A DNA stretch of 64,000 nt from the human T2T-CHM13v2.0 reference genome, Homo sapiens. A program made the translations under genes and the position numbers. The stretch lies in assembly GCF_009914755.1 (NCBI RefSeq), contig NC_060929.1. The stretch is one strand, 5' to 3'. Numbering within the stretch: position 1 is the first letter of the stretch; every line of letters begins with the position of its first letter. The notes beneath the pieces were generated by a model. That model worked only from the letters and a program-made list of their open reading frames with translations, made no database searches and was not told the origin of the DNA. Shown here piece after piece: positions 57,202 through 64,000 of this stretch.

Positions 57202-58217
57202 AGTACTCTGGACCTTCACCTTTGTTTTTCTTCTGTTTCCATAGAAAGGCATCTTATTAAAGATCTGTTTGCCTGCACTATATATAGAGGCCTAGCTTTG
57301 AGAGCCCCTCTGCAGCGCCATCTCCTGAAATGAGACATGACTGTTTAATTGAACTGACCTATTTCTAGAAACAGGAGACTGGTTTAATGGGATCCTTTGC
57401 CACTTGGCTATTAACTCAATTTTTCTCTGCACAGCCACTAACTCAGCTTTTAAAGTATGAAACTTCTAGGGAAGTTTCAGAAAGGTAATGTTGGGGTTCA
57501 GAAAATGATACCTTGAAGTCTGGACATGCTGAAAGGCCTTAGAAGTGGCCTCAGAGTCAATGTCCCTCTAACCTTGTCTGTCTCCCACCCCCAACCCCAA
57601 CCAAATGAAGAAATACAATTGTCTTCCTCCCTTCCCTGAAATCTCATTATCTATCTCAGAAAAGAAGACTGAAGAATGCAACCACACTTGGATGGACTTT
57701 TTCAGAAGATAATGCCTGCCACTGGAGGCTCATTCAAATTTCAAAGAGAATCTATAGTTAATTTCTGTTCATTCATATTTCCTAATAATCATTTGCAGCT
57801 CCTCAAAAGAATTGTCTGAATTCTTCATCTCCTTCCTCCCCTATGAAAAAGAGTATATAAGCTTCTGAACCCCATTGGGTTATTCTGTACCCCATTGGGT
57901 AATTATTCTCTGTGCATGCATGTTACAGTGAAAATTTTTATGCCTTCTATCTACAAAAAAAAAGATTCAATAGAAGTGGTAGTGGAGGGAACCTCCATCC
58001 TTTCATAATACTTTAGAACACATGAATTTTTCAGATTAGTAAGGAGGGAGCAGAACCTGAAGCAAAGGGAACACGTGGCAGGTTTGACGGGGGACGGGGG
58101 TGTTCCTTGAAGGTTCAGAGTGAGTTTGCTTGAGACAGAATGTCACTGACTTCCAGAGCTGGCCATCAAAAGGGCAGCATGAATCGCTGGGTGCCTAGTC
58201 AGGAGGGTATGCCCTAA

Positions 58218-58565
<348 letters not shown>

Positions 58566-58959
58566 CACAATTTTGTTCGATGGCTCTGGCCTGTTTCGCT
58601 CCCCTGGCTGATTTGCTTTTAGGCCAATATTTTCTTTCTGCTTGGCTCCTTCATGTTCTCTGGAACAGCTGACAACGGGCCCTGTGGAATTCCTTTCTTA
58701 GACACCTTACATCTATTGGCTTCTATCTTCCTTGAGTGCAGCGAAGCTCTGGTTCTTTCCTATTGGCAGTGAGGAGAAAATCAATATTTATATTGGATTT
58801 AGCAGAGTCTGGAACAGCCACGTGCTGGTGCTGTGTCCTTTGTTTTCTTTAATGTATGTTCTATAGATGAAATCACTGGGCAGATGTTGGTTTAGCTGGT
58901 TTCATTATCCAAGTTCTGAATTCCCGGGGGGCCTGGGCTGATTTCCATTAATTATTTTA

Positions 58960-59172
58960 ACAGCTAACCCTTTGTCGAGTTCTTACTATGAACAGGTATT
59001 GAACTAGACAGTTTCTATCCATTATCTCATTGAATCCTCCCAACAGATCTGAGAAGCAAGTACTATTATTCTGAGGAAACTGAGGCTGCCTAAGGTTAAA
59101 AAAAGCCAATAAGTGGCAGAGCCGGGATCCGACCTTGGTTTGTCTGACTTTAAAGCTGGTGCTCTTGATGCC
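58960..59172 (-). mobile_element. MIR
   Basis: 'tgaggaaactgaggct...ggttaa...gtggcagagccgggat'. Confidence 0.75.
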
Positions 59173-59562
59173 CACATGAAAACATTGCTTCTTGAGCAAC
59201 CAGAGAAAACTACACTTTTCTTCTTACTTCTAGAGAGATCACAGGGTGTATCTTGACGTCCCATTCTGCAGACTTGCCTCAGATGAACTCTATTGTCAGC
59301 TAAGAAGCTATCAACTGGGCTTCTTCCAGTATGTGAGGAATGTGGGGATTGTTGCTCTGTGTCAGGATCACAGTGTCCAGGTCAGAGCAACAGAAACTTC
59401 CAAACATCCTGGGACTAAGGACACTCTAAAACTCAGGCTTCTGTAGGCCAAGGCCATGGCAGCCATAGGGCTGGGCCAAACAGGAATGGCCATCTCAGAA
59501 AACTCGCCCAGAAGTATTAAAAACAAAAAAACAAACCAGAGAAAAACCAAGGGAGAAAGAAC

Positions 59563-59588
59563 TTTTTTTTTTTTTTTTTTTTTTTTTT
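59563..59588. repeat. Poly-T run (about 26 nt)
   Basis: Direct reading. Confidence 0.9.
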
Positions 59589-60199
59589 AGTTGGAGTGCG
59601 GGGGTCGGGGTATGCATGTGACTTACTGGAGCACTTTCAAATTGTAGCAGTTCTCAATCTCATATGCTCAAGAAATATTGTAGTCTTTTTTCCTTAAAAA
59701 CAATCCAAACCCCATTTCCCTGGTGAGCTAGAACTTCAGTCTTGCTTAGTCCAAGAGACCATCTTTTCCCCCATCCCCAGAAGGACTAAGGGTGTCTGCA
59801 ATAGAGTCAAAGGGTTTGGGAGGGTCCCAGGTCATAGGCCATTAGTGAGCCTTGGATGCTGAGATACTCTTTAGCCCATTCTATGAGATGTGATTCCTGG
59901 CAGGCTGCTTTTGTGCCACAGTTGGAATAAGAAAATCACTGTCAAAGTAGAGAGCGACACAACCATTCCTTTCTGAAATCTTGCTATTTCTCTGGAACAC
60001 AACCAGCCAGTCCCCTTGGTTCACTGCTGCTCAGAGTCCGAAATCCCTCTTGTCTTCTCTCTCAGCCTTTGGGAATATCCTCCTTAATCTTGAAAAAATT
60101 TATTTCTCTTCTTACTTTCATTAGAGGAATTTCCTCTAGTCTGCAACTCTACTTTCCTATCTCCTAGGGCTCCTGGCTTACTCTCTTCTGTAGGTTTAG

Positions 60200-60510
60200 A
60201 TGAAGAATTGCAAATTTAAGTGCCTGAAGAGGCCAGATAGGAATGGAAGTGAGCACAGGAGCTTGGCAGGGGCTTGGAACATTAGAAAGCACTTGGTCCG
60301 TGTAAAGAGGCTGCTACTCATTCCTGGTGAACTGCTGTCAGCCATGCTGACCTGTGCTGCTGTGTCTTCTGATTTTCCAAGAAAAGTCAGAAATCCAGTT
60401 TTTTAAAATGAGTGATCTCTTTTGGATTAAATGTTGGCTTACGCATTTAAAATTACTCTGTGTAGGGCAAAGTAAAATACCCACGGGCTGCCATGTTGCC
60501 ACCATGACCA
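60200..60510. mobile_element. MER102-like hAT-Charlie relic
   Basis: 'tcttctgattttccaagaaaagtcagaaatccag...taaatgttggc...ctgtgtagggcaaa'. Confidence 0.55.
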
Positions 60511-61119
60511 GTGCAGCCTTTTGAAAACAAAAGCCAGGGAAGAAAGTGTTTTACAGTTTACAAAGCTTCCCTTAGGCAAGAAAGCACAGGGCTCAGTCCA
60601 TGATTGGACACAGGAAAAAGGAAAGAGAAAAAAACAGGAAGGAAAAACACATCAGTGAATTTCTCACAACCATCCTGTTTAAAAACACACTGCTTTCACT
60701 CACACTGTCTGCATTCCTGAAAAGAAAGCTTCTTTAGGTTTTATGCTTTGCTTTTCTCAAATTGGTTGCTTGGGGATTAAGAAATTAAGTTACTTTGGTT
60801 CAACATAAATTGCACACAGAAGTCTTGTTCTTACATGATTTTGTCTTATGAGCATAGAATTTATACCTGTTGGATGCTGAAGCCAACATTATGTTTTGCA
60901 TTGCTGGAGTCAAGGCTTAGTGGAATTTGTTTGTTCACACTCAGTTTTTGATGCAGATTTTCCTCATTTGATTTTTTAGAAACCACTCCCAACTCTAGAG
61001 AGAAACTTCACAGGGATGTGCCAGTGATACAGATGACAAGTGTAGAAGACTATATATACAGCCAGTTTCCACTTCTACTATTAATAATATGCATTATATC
61101 TATTGAACACTCTAAGTAC

Positions 61120-61650
61120 AGGTTAATTTGGTTGAAAGTGATACATACCTAATTCAGACTGGCTTAAGTAGAGAAGAAGTTTCTATAGAAAAGTGCAAAC
61201 TGTCTCTCTCCAGTGGTATGTTTCAGGAGTGACATGGTCCAAGGGCTCAGCTGATGTCATGAGGACCTGCTTTCTCTTCATTTCTCAGCTGTGTCTCTTG
61301 CACGCTGGCTTCATTCCCAGGTTCCTGGTGATGGCCCTGGAAGCTCTAGACTCAAATTCTCCTTACTGCTAGCAGACCCAGGGGAAAACATGATGCTTTT
61401 CTCTCATCACTCTCAGAAAAAGCCTCTTTGGTGCTGATTAGATTACAAGCCCAGCCTTGAACCAATTGTTTAGCTTGAAGAATGCAGCTTTTTGATTGGC
61501 CAAGGTTACATTAGTGCTCAGCAACCCCTTCCTGTTGGAGCCTGGAGTGGAAGCAACTTTCCCCAAAGCTCATGGACTGAGAATGGGAGGCTCCAGAGCA
61601 AAGTTGGGATACTATCACTTGGAGAAGGATGTATAGATATTAGGGGGAAA
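61120..61650 (-). mobile_element. Old MLT1-type LTR
   Basis: 'aattcagactggcttaag...tccaagggctcagctgatgtcat...gctggcttcattccca...tgattggccaagg'. Confidence 0.6.
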
Positions 61651-62015
61651 ATAATAGATCTCTATGCTAAGCACATAGAGTGGTAAATATATGGTTTCAC
61701 CATCATACCCCAAATACATTGAATTAGCTTCAGAACTCCTAACTAATATACTGATGGTGAATGATATTAACTCCATATAGCACACATGTGGTGTTTGGGA
61801 GTCTACTGTGAGGGAGAAAGTTGAATATCTTATGTAGAAGACTCTGGTTATATCTGGGATGATATGGAGATGGGAGCAGTAAATCATCAGGTGTTGTGTC
61901 TTGTCTAAACAATAAAACTAAAAGCTCCATGAAGGTAAGAACCATGTGTTATCCTGCCTGGTTTTCCTCACAGGCCCGGGCTCCACAAATAAGGCACCTA
62001 TGAAATATTTAATGG

Positions 62016-62640
62016 AAATCAGTATATTGAAGAGATACCTGCATTTCCATGTTTGTGGCACCACTGTTCACAATAGCTAAGATTTGGAAGCAACCTAAGT
62101 GTCCAACGGATAAGTGGACAAAGAAAATGTGGTACATATACACAATGGGGTACTATTCAACCACAAAAATGATTGAGATACTGTCATTTGCAACAACACA
62201 GATGGAACTGGAAATCATTATGTTAAGTGAAATAAGCAAAGCACAGAAAGACAAACATCACATGTTCTCACTTACTTGTGGGATCTAAAAATTAAAACAA
62301 TTGAACTCATGGACGTAGAGAACAGAAGGTTGGTTACCAGGGGAAGGGGTGTGAAGGGGTTGAAGGGGAGGTAGGGATGGCTAATGAGTACAAAAAGTAG
62401 TTAGAATAAGACAGCATTTGCTAGACAGGGAGACTATAGTCAACAATAATTTAATTGTACATTTTGAGATAACTAAAAGTGTAATTGGATTGTAGCACAA
62501 AAAGGATAAATGCTCGAGGGGATAGATACCCCATTTTCCATGATATGATTATTATGCATTGCATGCCTGTATCAAAACATCTCATGTGCCCTATAAATAC
62601 ATACATTTACTGTGTACCCACAAATTTAAAAATTAAAAAA
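62016..62640 (+). mobile_element. 5'-truncated L1MA 3' end inserted in an L2 tail
   Basis: 'gatttggaagcaacctaagtgtcca...gcacagaaagacaaacatcacatgttctcac'; TSD atttaatgg at 62007-62015 and 62641-62649. Confidence 0.9.
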
Positions 62641-62719
62641 ATTTAATGGTTTGAATAATTGAGGAATTGATGACACAAAGGGAAATAACAGCTATCATTT
62701 ACAGAATAGTATGTCCCAG

Positions 62720-63030
62720 CCCCAGTCAGACTTGACTTTAAATCCTGGCTGTAGCAGCAAATGACTCAATTATCCCAAACATCATCTGTAAAATGGGACT
62801 AACAGCCATATATGTGCTAGGTCGTTGGGAGGCATAAATGTGGTATAGAAGGCTCTTGACACTGTTGGCACTCAATAAATACTGGCTGTTATTATTTTTA
62901 TTTTATTTTAAGTGATAAGCACTTTTTTATACTATCATATTTCATTCTTCCATCAAACCTGTGAGAAAAATACTGTTTTCATCTCTGTTTAAGAAGTGGA
63001 ACTGAATTTTGACCCCAATTTTTCCTGCCT
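62720..63030. mobile_element. MIR fragments (opposite orientations)
   Basis: 'catctgtaaaatggga...gcactcaataaata' followed by a reverse MIR core. Confidence 0.6.
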
Positions 63031-63589
63031 CTGAATTTCATGTCCCTAATTACTATTCTGTCCTGCCTTCCTATCCTTTAATGTACCAACTGGGAAGACA
63101 CGAGTTCACTCACAGCCTGAGTTCCTGTTTCTGTGTGTGGGTGTGGTGGGGGGTAAGGCAGACCACTGGGAATGTGGGAATGGGGGAAGAAACCAAAGAA
63201 CCCCTTGCCTTTTGTGATTTAGTTATTTTTTTCCACACAGAGCAGTTCTGCAGAATCCCAACACTGGAGGCTTAGCTAACAAATGCAAATTACTGTGCAA
63301 CATAAGACCATTCTTCAGTTAGATCAAAGCCTTTGGCCTCGACCATCTAGATGGGGACCTGTGTCTGGTTCATCTCAAAGTGGTGATTCCTGACTCCAGG
63401 GTGATTGTGGCTACCTAGTCCTCTTCCCAGTCATGGGCAGCCAGGGAAGGATTTCATTCAACAGTTACATATCCCTTACACAGTTCTGGGCACTGTTCTA
63501 AGCACTTTACAAATGTTACCTCATTTAATCTTCTCGGCTCCCTTGAGGTAGACCATCATCTGTGCTTTCATCATAAATCCAAAATGCAG

Positions 63590-63820
63590 AAGCACCTGAA
63601 GGGTACGTACTGTCTTCCAAATACTGTTCTAAGTGTGTCAAATACAAAAGCCCACAAGGTAGATCCTATTATTATTATTATCATTCCTATTTCACAAGTG
63701 AGGAGACCTAAGTATGGGAAGATGAAGAAGCTTGCCCCAATGTCACCCAGATAGTAACTGATAGTTCTGAGATTTGAACCCAAGCAGTCTGGCCTTAGAA
63801 ACCACACTTGTCTACTAACT
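63590..63820 (-). mobile_element. MIR
   Basis: 'ctatttcacaagtgaggagac...cttgccccaatgtcaccca...gatttgaacccaagcagtctgg'. Confidence 0.75.
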
Positions 63821-64000
63821 ACCCCAGCTGTCAGCACCCATTCCTCCATTTCTTAAAAATAGTTAACTCTTTTTGGTTTGTGAAACTTTAAGAAAATACA
63901 GTAGCTCTGCTTAATGTGAATGTGTTGATTCTCAAACTCATTGACTGAATTTTCTAGAATAGTTAGATAACTAAGAAAGCAGGAAGCACTGAAGCGTGTT

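Larger units (their letters stand above)
56032..57962 (+). mobile_element. ERV1 (MER31/MER34-like) 3' internal remnant plus truncated 3' LTR
   Basis: Internal pieces at 56032-56185, 56680-56792 and 57202-57488; purine-rich tract, then LTR start 'tgttggggttcagaaaatgatacc' at 57489; TATA-like 'gtatataagc'; ends in an A-run. Confidence 0.6.

Noticed and set aside
62049-62288. ORF resembling the L1 ORF2 C-terminus
   Set aside because: Remnant of a truncated L1MA; non-functional.

Overview
This is hominoid (most likely human) non-coding genomic DNA. It is intronic or intergenic, AT-rich and CpG-depleted, and a large part is recognisable interspersed repeat: about 21 Alus, 5'-truncated L1s, L2/MIR relics, MaLR/ERV LTRs, hAT MITEs and one full-length SVA. 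I found no credible protein-coding exon, tRNA or CRISPR array. The ORF track mostly reflects Alu, SVA-VNTR, THE1-internal and microsatellite read-through. The most notable structures are three. (i) At 24.5-29.0 kb an AluJ is split by a two-LTR THE1/MST provirus, which itself carries an antisense SVA and an orphan LTR fragment. (ii) At 23443-23484 a tailless 5S rRNA 5'-fragment retrocopy with a TSD sits inside a MIR. (iii) At 56.0-58.0 kb an ERV1 remnant looks like an L1-retroposed, polyadenylated ERV transcript later hit by two solo LTRs. I see no support for a wholly new biological system. Subfamily names come from recalled consensus sequences, and boundaries of old repeats are approximate.
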